Shown here: in pieces, positions 54,571 to 63,615 of the stretch | How the letters are laid out: each line of letters opens with the position of its first letter | Numbering within the stretch: position 1 is the stretch's first letter | Origin: an uncultured Prolixibacteraceae bacterium | GTDB taxonomy: Bacteria; Bacteroidota; Bacteroidia; Bacteroidales; FEN-979 | Direction of reading: 5' to 3' | Length of the DNA stretch: 64,000 nt | Assembly (NCBI GenBank): GCA_964642545.1 | Contig: CAZXQU010000001.1 | Coordinates: 111,797-175,796, forward strand | The notes under the pieces: model-generated | The model's input: only the letters and a program-made list of their open reading frames with translations | Told to the model about the DNA's origin: nothing | The model's database searches: none | Made by a program: the position numbers and the translations under genes

Positions 54571-54586
54571 AAATCCCCTTTAGGAG
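54571..54586 (+). repeat. AAATCCCCT motif copy just after the purD stop
   Basis: AAATCCCCTTTAGGAG begins 7 nt after the TGA at 54562-54564. Confidence 0.35.
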
Positions 54587-54589
54587 CTT

Positions 54590-54624
54590 ATTCGTAACTC
54601 TTAATTCGTAATTCGTAATTTAAA
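54590..54624. repeat. Heptamer array (5 units) abutting a GTG start
   Basis: The units are ATTCGTA ACTCTTA ATTCGTA ATTCGTA ATTTAAA, followed by the GTG at 54625. Confidence 0.7.
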
Positions 54625-55620
54625 GTGGTTCGCTATTTTAAATCAAGTTTTCCAGGGCAGTTCATCACCATTGGTGTGATCGGCTTGTTGCTTTGGGGCA
54701 TCGGGGCTCTCCATCCCCCTGCCATGCCTGAACCTCAGGGGCCGGTACCACTCTATACCATTTTATTCGATTGGTTTTCGGGTACTCCATATCTCGCAAT
54801 GGGTATTGGCTTTTTGCTGGTTCTTTTTCAAGCCTTTTGGCTCAATTACATCGTTTTACGCCACGACCTGGTTCCACACAACACTTCGCTTGCAGCGCTG
54901 CTATTCCTGCTCTTCATCAGCCTTCTTCCTTCCTACCTGACGCTCACACCTGTGAACATCAGCACCCTATTCCTGCTTTTTATCCTGCGCGCTCTTTTAG
55001 AAGCATATAACCAGACCGAACCAATTGAGCTGGTCTATACTGCCGGCTTCTTTATAGCCCTCTCATCCTTTTTCTACTTCCCTTCCTTGCTTCTCTACGG
55101 CTTATTGATCATCTCTTTCCTGGTTTACCGTTCCATGAAATGGCGGGAGTGGGTTAGTTCCTTTATCGGACTGGCTACCCCTTTTCTTTACCTTGTGGTA
55201 GTATTTTTTCTTACCGACCGCCTGCCAGGACTAGTCGCGCTCTATTCCGATTATTTCGGACAGTTGGATGTCACTCTGTTTGAAGCAGGATGGAACACAT
55301 GGACTCTTTTTGGCATGATGGGATTGTTCTCCATTTTGGGGCTATGGGATACTATACGACATATCGGCGAGAAGAACGTTGAGCAAAGGAAAAAGAATAT
55401 CGTAGTGTTGTGGATCTTTTTCTGGTCTATACTAACCCTCCTTTATGCCGGCTCACTATTGATCTATTTTCCAGCCCTGCTCAGCATTTGCCTCTCCATC
55501 TTTGTCACCAACTTTTACTTGCGACTCAGGAAGCTTTTCTGGTTTGAATTGCTGCTTTGGCTCCTGATCATCATTCTCTTTTCCAACATGGCCCTTTGGC
55601 CTTATCTTCCGGTAAGTTAA
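54625..55620 (+). CDS. Integral membrane protein, unknown function
   Basis: 331 aa with about 9 predicted TM helices. No recognisable motif. Confidence 0.55.
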   Translation: MVRYFKSSFPGQFITIGVIGLLLWGIGALHPPAMPEPQGPVPLYTILFDWFSGTPYLAMGIGFLLVLFQAFWLNYIVLRHDLVPHNTSLAALLFLLFISLLPSYLTLTPVNISTLFLLFILRALLEAYNQTEPIELVYTAGFFIALSSFFYFPSLLLYGLLIISFLVYRSMKWREWVSSFIGLATPFLYLVVVFFLTDRLPGLVALYSDYFGQLDVTLFEAGWNTWTLFGMMGLFSILGLWDTIRHIGEKNVEQRKKNIVVLWIFFWSILTLLYAGSLLIYFPALLSICLSIFVTNFYLRLRKLFWFELLLWLLIIILFSNMALWPYLPVS

Positions 55621-55621
55621 G

Positions 55622-56218
55622 ATGCTCCAAAGCCACTATACCAAAGATCTTGTTGAAGCGGGGTGTGACGAGGCCGGAAGAGGCTGCCTGGCCGGGCCAC
55701 TGTTTGCTGCTGCCGTGATCCTCCCAAAAGGGTATAAACACCCTTTGCTCAACGACTCTAAACTACTATCAAAACTCCAACGCGAAAGATTACGGAAGGA
55801 GGTAGAGAAAGATGCCCTCGCTTTTGCAATCAGCTGTATAGAGGCTCAAACCGTTGATGAAATTAATATCCTCAATGCCTCTTTCCTGGGGATGGAGGAG
55901 GCCGTCAAACAGCTAACGCTGACGCCAGAATTTCTGCTGATTGATGGGAACCGATTTCGGACAAAACTTGAAATTCCTTACCATTGTATTGTGAAGGGCG
56001 ATGGGAAATTCCTCTCCATCGCTGCTGCATCGATACTTGCCAAGACCTACCGCGACGACTACATGGAGCTTCTGCACGAATCTTTCCCGGTTTATCGGTG
56101 GAATGAGAACAAAGGATACCCGACGCCGGCACACAGGAAAGCCATCTCGACACACGGAATCTCACCGCATCACCGCATCAGCTTCCGGCTGAAACCTCAA
56201 GTGAAAATTTTATTTTAA
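55622..56218 (+). CDS. rnhB: Ribonuclease HII
   Basis: It has [27 protein letters not shown] and ASILAK. Confidence 0.9.
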   Translation: MLQSHYTKDLVEAGCDEAGRGCLAGPLFAAAVILPKGYKHPLLNDSKLLSKLQRERLRKEVEKDALAFAISCIEAQTVDEINILNASFLGMEEAVKQLTLTPEFLLIDGNRFRTKLEIPYHCIVKGDGKFLSIAAASILAKTYRDDYMELLHESFPVYRWNENKGYPTPAHRKAISTHGISPHHRISFRLKPQVKILF

Positions 56219-56253
56219 TACCTTTGTTGTTTCCGCTTCTATCAGCCAAAACA

Positions 56254-59028
56254 ATGAGGATCATCAGGCGTATAATTCAGGCAACCATCATCATGATTCT
56301 TATTGTAGGGATCCCCTATCTCTGCTATCTACTCTATGTATCCCTGGATCGCCCCGTCAAAGACCCGGTTCAGGCGATCCCCGACCGTACAGCACTCATC
56401 ATACAGGTTAACAATCCACTGGGACTTTTGGGTGAGTTGACGCGCAACAACCTCATCTGGAAAGAACTTCTTACTTACCCGGGAATCAGACCTATCCAGG
56501 ACCAGTTGCTACTGATAGACTCCATGTCGCGCTGGAGCCCCAACATCAGGGAAATCCTCAACGACGCACCGTTAACTATAGCCCTCTCTCTGCATAGTCG
56601 TACGAAGTTCGATCCTCTTTTTCTAATGCCAGTTCCATCTTCACTCGAAGGAGCCTCCTTTACCTCTTTTATTGAGGAACACTATCCGGGAAAGGTAACC
56701 ATTCTCCAAAGCCCTTATGGCCAGACAGAAATCTGCAGGATTCATTTTGAGAACCAGCGAAACACACTCTTTGCCTCGGTTTGGGAAGGAGTATGTATCT
56801 TCAGCTTCACCGATGCACTGGTGAAACGAGCGATTGACCAGTTATCATTGAATACAACGATATCGGTGATGAAAGGGTTCAATACCGTTTCACTAACCAC
56901 CGGGAAGAAAGTTGATGCCAACCTCTATGTCAATTTTCCTTACCTCTCACTTGCCCTCTGGAAAGGTGTTAACGAAACACATAATAAAGGATTGGTAAAA
57001 TTTGCACGTTATGCTGACTGGAGTGGGATGGACCTCTATCTTAAAAAGGATGAACTCCTGTTCAACGGGTATACAATTGCATCCGACAGTGCTATGCAAA
57101 CTCTGGCTTTGATGAATGACCAGGTACCTCTCCTCCTGACGATGACCAACATTCTTCCTTCCAATACTGAGGCTTACCTCCTCTATGCCATGATCGGGTA
57201 TCCCGACTATTTCCAACGTTGGCAATTCAGGCTACAGCGAGCTGTCTTCTCGGCTGACAACATTGACCTTTTCAAAAGTTTGAATACCCGGTATGACACG
57301 TTGGTTCTCCCCTTCCTTGAGTCTTGGATCGGCGGGCAGTTGGGAAGGTGTTGGATCAAGCCATCACAAAGGAGAAATGGTCTGTTTCCTGTAACAATCC
57401 TCCAGGCAATAAATCCCGATTCAGCCCGCAAGAGCCTTCTCTCCCTCGCACTGATAACCGGAAAGAGAACTGATTCTACCCTCTATGAGGGAGTGCCGAT
57501 TTACCAAACCGGCCTCTCCGAGATTCTAAACATCTGGCTCAGCCCGCTTTTTGAACAGGAGGAGCTTACATATTTTACTATTATCGGTGATTTTGTCTGT
57601 TTTTCACACAGCAGTGAAACGTTGAAAGCGATGCTCAAAAGTAACCTTCATAAAGAGTTACTTATTGAGAACAAAGTATATCAGGATATCTCAGAAAATA
57701 TTTCCGATCAGGCCAATTTCTCCTTCTACTGCAACTCCAACCATATTCTTGATGAACTTCCTGCAGTGCTTAATGCTGAGTACCTTTCGCTTTTCAGCCC
57801 TATCCTCGACTCGCTAAAGAAATTTCAATCATTTACCCTTCAACTATCTGCTGAGGATGGGATGTTTTACACCAGTTTTCAGTTACGATTCAATCCAAAG
57901 AGAACAGAAGTGGGCCCTCTCTTATGGCAATCGAATCTTGACACCCTCGTCTCGGGACGCCCGCAAATCGTCCTTTCCGGTGCCGGAGACACCTTTGCAG
58001 TGCTGGCTACAGACACCATGAACACCCTGTATAAAATTGATCCCGAAGGGCAAATAGCCTGGAAGCAGAAACTCTATGGAAAAGTGCTCGGAAGTTTTCA
58101 TGAAGTGGTTTTCCCCAGTAGCGACACCTTGTTTTACCTGTTCAACACTGAAAACCATCTCTATCTGATCAGAAGTGATGGCAAAATTTCCCCACGTTTC
58201 CCCATGAAGTTTCCCACACAAGCTTCAAATGGGTTATCCATCATTACACCAGGCGAATTCAAGGTTATAATCGCATTCAGGAATAAACGTATTTACAGTT
58301 TTAATTTGGACGGATTGTTGAGTGAGGGTTGGACCTCTCCTGCGGTGGAGGAGTTGGTCATAACCCCTGTTCAGGTTTTAAAGGGCGGAGGCAGGTTACT
58401 TCCTGGCACTGCCTACCATGAGGACAATGGTTCTTCTGTAACCTTGGTTGTAACGATGAAAAGTGGGAAGATACTGATCACAGATGGTTTTGGTGTTAAG
58501 AAAGTGGATCCTGACAAAGGATTCAACAACTCCCCAAATTCGGCGTTTTACCAGAACCATACCAACTCAAAATCTCCATGGTTAACAACGGATATGCAAG
58601 GGAAGGTGACCTATTTTGAAGAGAGTGGACGTGTCAGCCGTGTCAGCTTTAACATTTTCTCTGCAAATCATCATTTCCTTTACGAAGATATTCTGGGTGA
58701 CGGCGCGCCTGAGTTTATCTTTTTCGACAACAATACCCTCTATTATTACAACCGGTTTTTCAAACTGATCTATTTTTATACTTTCCGGCACAATGTTTCT
58801 CCGCCATGCCTGATAAAGAAGATCCATGGCAAAACATACATCGGATTTACATCCCAAACTACGAATGAGGTATTTCTATTTGACCGGCAAGGATATGTTG
58901 AGATTGAATCAGGTGTCAAAGGAACCACACCATTTGACATCGGGTTTATGAACAATGATTCTATTCTGGACCTTGTGATTGGTAGCAACAGGAGTGTAAA
59001 AAGATTTAGTTTGGGAACCATTCCCTAG
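56254..59028 (+). CDS. Large membrane-anchored hypothetical protein with C-terminal beta-propeller-like repeats
   Basis: It has an N-terminal TM helix (IIQATIIMILIVGIPYLCYLLYV) from the ATG at 56254. The C-terminal half has repeated strand motifs (LYKIDPEGQIAW, LYLIRSDGKI, IYSFNLDGLL, ILITDGFG) and FG-GAP-like DILGDGAPEFIFFD. Confidence 0.55.
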   Translation: MRIIRRIIQATIIMILIVGIPYLCYLLYVSLDRPVKDPVQAIPDRTALIIQVNNPLGLLGELTRNNLIWKELLTYPGIRPIQDQLLLIDSMSRWSPNIREILNDAPLTIALSLHSRTKFDPLFLMPVPSSLEGASFTSFIEEHYPGKVTILQSPYGQTEICRIHFENQRNTLFASVWEGVCIFSFTDALVKRAIDQLSLNTTISVMKGFNTVSLTTGKKVDANLYVNFPYLSLALWKGVNETHNKGLVKFARYADWSGMDLYLKKDELLFNGYTIASDSAMQTLALMNDQVPLLLTMTNILPSNTEAYLLYAMIGYPDYFQRWQFRLQRAVFSADNIDLFKSLNTRYDTLVLPFLESWIGGQLGRCWIKPSQRRNGLFPVTILQAINPDSARKSLLSLALITGKRTDSTLYEGVPIYQTGLSEILNIWLSPLFEQEELTYFTIIGDFVCFSHSSETLKAMLKSNLHKELLIENKVYQDISENISDQANFSFYCNSNHILDELPAVLNAEYLSLFSPILDSLKKFQSFTLQLSAEDGMFYTSFQLRFNPKRTEVGPLLWQSNLDTLVSGRPQIVLSGAGDTFAVLATDTMNTLYKIDPEGQIAWKQKLYGKVLGSFHEVVFPSSDTLFYLFNTENHLYLIRSDGKISPRFPMKFPTQASNGLSIITPGEFKVIIAFRNKRIYSFNLDGLLSEGWTSPAVEELVITPVQVLKGGGRLLPGTAYHEDNGSSVTLVVTMKSGKILITDGFGVKKVDPDKGFNNSPNSAFYQNHTNSKSPWLTTDMQGKVTYFEESGRVSRVSFNIFSANHHFLYEDILGDGAPEFIFFDNNTLYYYNRFFKLIYFYTFRHNVSPPCLIKKIHGKTYIGFTSQTTNEVFLFDRQGYVEIESGVKGTTPFDIGFMNNDSILDLVIGSNRSVKRFSLGTIP

Positions 59029-59035
59029 TCTCTAT

Positions 59036-59980
59036 CTATCTCATTCTCAATACTTTTCCTGTCGGAGGTTCATAACCGTCAGGAAGAAGATTTTTACGAT
59101 AGAGGTTTTCCAGGCGGATTCCATAAACCTGGGAAATTTCCCACAAGGTTTGATTGGTTCCAACAACGTGCACTTTTTGGATGGCTTTTCGCTTCTTTTT
59201 CTCAAGGTAAACCGCTTGTCCTGATTTCAAGCCACCGGCACGTTTTAGATCATTAAAATCCATCAGGTCTGATGCACTAAGCCGAAAATCACGTGCAATC
59301 TTCAGAAGGTCGTCGTTATCGAGGGCAAAGGTACATTGGACATGATTATTGATATAGACTTTCCGGTTGTTTGGACCCGGGCCAAAGTAGGTAAATAAGG
59401 ACTTGTAGGCCTCCATCAGGTTGCCATCGGCCACAGTAGTTATTATTGCCGGAACCTCTCCTTCGGGAAGATCATATGCTTGAAGGGAGTAACGTTCGAT
59501 CAGACTGATCAGCAGATCAGGATATTTAGGGTTAGTGGCATAGCCAGCTGTTTTCAGTCCATAAGCCCATGCCCGGTAGTTTTGAACATCAATTGAGAAG
59601 AGAAAATTATACCGATCACGGGTTGACAGGAACTCTGAATGATCGCGAAATGACTCAACTGCATTATCGTATTTCCGGAAGCATTCATCTGGTGAATCAT
59701 CATCCATCCGGTAGGTTTTACCCGTCCACTCATTATGACATTTGATCCCGAAATGGTTGTTGGCTTCCCTGGCAAGTGTACTCTGGCCAGCTCTTGACTC
59801 CAGAATAGCCTGGGCTAGTTTGATGCTGGCAGGGATACCATACGTTCGCATGTCCTGTATCGAGATTCCCTTATAGGCATCAATGTATGCACGAACCTTC
59901 TCATCGTACGAGGATTGAGAAAGCGCTGAGAGGGATGAGAAGACCAGGATTAGCAGGAGGTAGCGGGAGAAGGAGGTCAT
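59036..59980 (-). CDS. Glucosaminidase-domain peptidoglycan hydrolase with LysM domains
   Basis: It has a signal peptide and GIPASIKLAQAILESRAGQSTLAREANNHFGIKC (mannosyl-glycoprotein endo-beta-N-acetylglucosaminidase domain). C-terminal LysM-like segments are present (HVVGTNQTLWEISQVYG). Confidence 0.85.
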   Translation of the reverse strand: MTSFSRYLLLILVFSSLSALSQSSYDEKVRAYIDAYKGISIQDMRTYGIPASIKLAQAILESRAGQSTLAREANNHFGIKCHNEWTGKTYRMDDDSPDECFRKYDNAVESFRDHSEFLSTRDRYNFLFSIDVQNYRAWAYGLKTAGYATNPKYPDLLISLIERYSLQAYDLPEGEVPAIITTVADGNLMEAYKSLFTYFGPGPNNRKVYINNHVQCTFALDNDDLLKIARDFRLSASDLMDFNDLKRAGGLKSGQAVYLEKKKRKAIQKVHVVGTNQTLWEISQVYGIRLENLYRKNLLPDGYEPPTGKVLRMR

Positions 59981-60127
59981 AGTTTCGGGTTTCGTGTTTC
60001 GGGTTTCGTGTTTCGGTTCACTAGTTAACGGTTATCCGTATTTCGTATTTCGTATTTCTCTTCACGTCTCACATCTCACGTCTCACATCTCACGTCTTAC
60101 GTCTTACGTCTTACGTCTTACGTCCCC
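59981..60127. repeat. Heptamer array, 21 units (147 nt) in one unbroken register
   Basis: The units are AGTTTCG GGTTTCG TGTTTCG GGTTTCG TGTTTCG GTTCACT AGTTAAC GGTTATC CGTATTT CGTATTT CGTATTT CTCTTCA CGTCTCA CATCTCA CGTCTCA CATCTCA CGTCTTA CGTCTTA CGTCTTA CGTCTTA CGTCCCC. It begins at the base after the start codon (rc of 59978-59980). It contains the murD-like stop (rc of 60104-60106) and its last 7 codons. Confidence 0.9.
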
Positions 60128-61498
60128 TATTACAAGTTCAATGAACCTGAATCCACGTTCTTCAAAGCTCCTGAATTCGTCGTAGCTAGATGCAGCCGGT
60201 GACAGCAGGCAAGTCGCCCCAGCCCTCGTATTCTCCAGTGCAAGTGGTAAGAGGTGGTCGAATCGGTTGATATAAAACAGGTTTTTCCTCGATTTTATTG
60301 TTTCGTCTGTCTTTTCAATTACGTTTCCAATCCTTCGGCCTGCTGCTCCAATGAAAATCAACGTACGCACCTGTGAATGGATCAGGAATCGGGCAAACGC
60401 CTCATAGCTAACACCTCGGTCAAATCCTCCCAGGATCAGGGTATCCACATCGGAGAGAGATTGTACAGCGGCTATGGAAGCTTCGGGAATCGTTGCAATA
60501 GAGTCGTTCACCCAATGAATGGCGTGGTGATACCCCACGTATTCCATCCGATGAGCCAGCCCTTTGAAGGAAGCCAGTCCATCGAGGATCGCTTCTTCTT
60601 TGACTCCCAGAAGCCAGCTGGCAGTGACAGCTGCCATGATATTCCTGAAGTTGTGCTCCCCTTTCAGATAACGGTTGTGGAATTCGTGTACAACAAGTTC
60701 ATCCCTCCCCGGCACCCTGATAATAAGTTCGTCTCTCCTTTTAAAAGCGCCTGTTTCGAATTCGTGCTGCAGGGAAAGGGGGATGAGTGATGGGGGGATA
60801 GTTTGAATATGTGCTGCAATGATTGGGTCGTCGGCATTGTAAAGAAGGAAATCGCCGATAGCCTGGGTTGTTGCTATCTTCATTTTGGCCTTCTGGTAAT
60901 CGTAGTATGAGTTGTAAGCATCCAGGTGTTCTTCGAAAATATTGAGCAACAACGCGATGTGCGGTCCACGGTGGATATATTCAAGTTGATGTGATGAGAG
61001 TTCGTCGACAATGAAAGTTTGTGGGGTGATCAGATCCAGGAAGTGCCAGGCTGGCGTTCCGATATTGCCCAGCAAGACACTCTCCTTCCCATCGGTAGTT
61101 AGGATGTGTGCAATCAGGCTGCTTGTTGTACTCTTCCCTTTGGTCCCCGTAATACCGATAATTTGTTTAGCAAAGGCTTCAAGGAAGATATCCGTCTGAG
61201 AAGTGATTCTGGACATGTCAACGGAGGGCTTCAACTTTGCGAGTGAAATGCCGGGTGATTTAAGGATTAATTCGAACCTGTCCAATCCGTAGAGGTAATC
61301 TTTGCCGCACTGGAATTCAATGTTGTGATCATCAACAAGAAGTGAACTTTTCGCCACATCGGGGTTGCTGTCGGCAATCCATATCTTTTGATGGGGACAC
61401 AGTTTCCTGATTGACTGATACGATGACTCCCCTTCCCGGCCGAAGCCTAAGAGAAGAATTTTTTTCCCTTCCAATCGCCGGCGAAGTAAATCAACCAT
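60104..61498 (-). CDS. murD: MurD-family UDP-N-acetylmuramoyl-L-alanine--glutamate ligase (candidate MurD2 type)
   Basis: 464 aa with KILLLGFGREGES (Rossmann-like N-domain) and the Mur ligase P-loop ITGTKGKSTTSSL. It is not in a division/cell-wall cluster. It overlaps the upstream PP-loop gene by 8 nt. Confidence 0.8.
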   Translation of the reverse strand: MVDLLRRRLEGKKILLLGFGREGESSYQSIRKLCPHQKIWIADSNPDVAKSSLLVDDHNIEFQCGKDYLYGLDRFELILKSPGISLAKLKPSVDMSRITSQTDIFLEAFAKQIIGITGTKGKSTTSSLIAHILTTDGKESVLLGNIGTPAWHFLDLITPQTFIVDELSSHQLEYIHRGPHIALLLNIFEEHLDAYNSYYDYQKAKMKIATTQAIGDFLLYNADDPIIAAHIQTIPPSLIPLSLQHEFETGAFKRRDELIIRVPGRDELVVHEFHNRYLKGEHNFRNIMAAVTASWLLGVKEEAILDGLASFKGLAHRMEYVGYHHAIHWVNDSIATIPEASIAAVQSLSDVDTLILGGFDRGVSYEAFARFLIHSQVRTLIFIGAAGRRIGNVIEKTDETIKSRKNLFYINRFDHLLPLALENTRAGATCLLSPAASSYDEFRSFEERGFRFIELVIGDVRRKT

Positions 61499-62903
61499 TG
61501 ACGGCTCCTTTCAGCAGTTCTTCGAATTGGGGAGGAAGGAAGTTTTGAGAGTCCCATGCTTTGAGGAGGGAAGGGAGGGAGGGAGGGAGTATGTCAGTAG
61601 GTTGCTTAGTCGCTATGCTCTTGGCAAAGACAAGGGGTTTGATACTTGCATAGTAGTGAAGGAGTGTGGGTAACGGTTTGTTTCCAAATTGTGCGATTAT
61701 TTCTTGTAGGGCAGCGTTGACTTCAGAGATAGTGCCTACGCATTCGAAGGGTTTTTCGGGGGCTATTCCGGTAAGTTGATCAAGGATCGGGACCAGGTCT
61801 ATGTCGTTAAACAGGTCCCTGTGAAAGATCCCTGTCAGTTGATCAGGAAGCAGGAATGGTGCCACCATAATGCACGTAAAAAGGCATTTTGGGCATTTTC
61901 CACACCATGAATCAGTTTTGCTTCCTACATTACAACTTTTGAAAACAGAGAAATATTTCGGATAGCGACAAAAAATGCTGGCAATCTGAAGTTCGTTTAG
62001 TGGTCGGAGAAGGCTGAAATAATTGATTTCGGGACTGATCCATTTACGTACATAATCCCGGAAATCCTTCTCAAACTCAAATGTTTTAGAGTACTGGTGA
62101 TTGACAGGCAAGCCTGGGATGGTTGATTCGTTGGCGCTTGATTCATTTGAAAGAGCGATATTTCTCTTCCCGGAGAGTGCAGCAGAGAGGATGGTAATAA
62201 ACGCGAGTAAAGCCGAAAAGGGGGTGTGACCATTGAGAAATCCCTGATCATTTAATTGCAAAAGAAGAGGATCAATAGTACGATTGATCCCAATCATTCC
62301 CGAATGGGCGAACCCAGCTATGAATATACTGTGTACACTGGCTCCCCGTGGGTTGAGGATAAGAGGTGTGACACCAGGAAGTTTCCTGAGTATTTCAAGG
62401 CTTACAATAGAATCTTTACCCCCGCCAATAGGGACGATCACATCAGGTTTTAATACACATTGGATTGGAGAAAGAAATTCGTCAGAAGCCACTATAACAT
62501 CCATAAATTGGTCAATATCTGTCGGGATTGAGTTGAGGAAAAAAAACTCTCCCAAACCGTTAAACCAGCATTTTTTCCACCATGATATTTGTTCTTGAGT
62601 GATGGCATGTGCCTTGATTATCAGCTGTTTCGGACAAGCTGACTTCCAATAACTGATGAGTTCAATCAGCCCCAGATGAAAGACAAGGTTCGGGAGGAGA
62701 TCCATGACCTCCTCTTCGGGAATGAAAAATTCTTTGTGCGGAATAAAAATGGTTGGTGAAAAATGGTACCGATCGGCCAGGTTGAAATAATAACGAATAT
62801 CTAATCCATGCCCTGAGTAGCTATAATCATACCCTTCATAGGAAAAAAAAGGAAATTCATCCCTGAGTTGCAGGAATTTATCATAACGGTTTGACTTCTC
62901 CAT
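61491..62903 (-). CDS. PP-loop ATP-pyrophosphatase-like protein, candidate MurL (UDP-MurNAc-L-Ala-L-Glu epimerase)
   Basis: 470 aa with a PP-loop-like PIGGGKDS and a CGKCPKC cysteine motif. It is translationally coupled (8-nt overlap) to the murD-like gene. The assignment rests on gene context and the ATP-utilising motif, not on a similarity search. Confidence 0.45.
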   Translation of the reverse strand: MEKSNRYDKFLQLRDEFPFFSYEGYDYSYSGHGLDIRYYFNLADRYHFSPTIFIPHKEFFIPEEEVMDLLPNLVFHLGLIELISYWKSACPKQLIIKAHAITQEQISWWKKCWFNGLGEFFFLNSIPTDIDQFMDVIVASDEFLSPIQCVLKPDVIVPIGGGKDSIVSLEILRKLPGVTPLILNPRGASVHSIFIAGFAHSGMIGINRTIDPLLLQLNDQGFLNGHTPFSALLAFITILSAALSGKRNIALSNESSANESTIPGLPVNHQYSKTFEFEKDFRDYVRKWISPEINYFSLLRPLNELQIASIFCRYPKYFSVFKSCNVGSKTDSWCGKCPKCLFTCIMVAPFLLPDQLTGIFHRDLFNDIDLVPILDQLTGIAPEKPFECVGTISEVNAALQEIIAQFGNKPLPTLLHYYASIKPLVFAKSIATKQPTDILPPSLPSLLKAWDSQNFLPPQFEELLKGAVNG

Positions 62904-62913
62904 GAAATGGTAC

Positions 62914-62921
62914 TATATTTG
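62914..62921 (+). promoter_or_regulatory. -7 promoter box TATATTTG
   Basis: It matches TAnnTTTG, 37 nt upstream of the ATG at 62958. Confidence 0.45.
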
Positions 62922-62957
62922 CTAGGTGGCTCTCGCAAATGTAACAAATTTTAGATT

Positions 62958-63521
62958 ATGACCGAGCGTCAGATCATAAAACCAAAGCAGGGAATCATTC
63001 TGATTTCTGAACCTTCATTAAAGGATTTTTATTTTCGTCAGTCGGTAGTTCTGTTAGCCGATCATAATGAAGATGGGACCTTTGGAGTAATTGTGAATAA
63101 GCCAATTGAAGTGCGTCTTGAAGAAGTTATCACAGGGTTTTCAGGATTTGAACACCAGGTTTACCTGGGGGGACCGGTAATGACTGACAGTATTTTTTTC
63201 ATCCACACTCTTCCCATAATTGAGAGCAGCTTTAAGATCATGGATGGCCTCTTCTGGGGAGGAAATATTGATGAGATCAGAAACCTGATGGAAGCCGGTC
63301 TCCTGAGTGAAGACAATATCCGGTTTTTCCTTGGCTATTCGGGATGGGACCCCAACCAGCTTGACCGGGAGATTAGTGAAAAATCATGGGTATTGTCTCA
63401 TGCCTCTGTTAAGGAGGTAATCAATGAAAATCCTGAAGCTCTGTGGACGAATTACCTGAGAAACATGGGTAACGATTACTCTATCTGGGCCAACTTTCCA
63501 TCCGATCCAACACTGAATTAA
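62958..63521 (+). CDS. YqgE/AlgH family protein
   Basis: 187 aa with ILISEPSLKDFYFRQSVVLLADHNEDGTFGVIVNKP and GGPV. Confidence 0.85.
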   Translation: MTERQIIKPKQGIILISEPSLKDFYFRQSVVLLADHNEDGTFGVIVNKPIEVRLEEVITGFSGFEHQVYLGGPVMTDSIFFIHTLPIIESSFKIMDGLFWGGNIDEIRNLMEAGLLSEDNIRFFLGYSGWDPNQLDREISEKSWVLSHASVKEVINENPEALWTNYLRNMGNDYSIWANFPSDPTLN

Positions 63522-63615
63522 CAATGCATAGTTCATAAGTCCTGGAATCCTTCCTTTTACGTAAATTTTCTCCTCTTATATTTGTTTCCAACGGCACTCT
63601 TATCAGAGCCATTAT

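Noticed and set aside
59981-60127. Possibility that the arrays are CRISPR loci
   Set aside because: The units are 7-8 nt and directly abutting, with no unique spacers and no 25-40 nt repeats. No cas genes are in the window.
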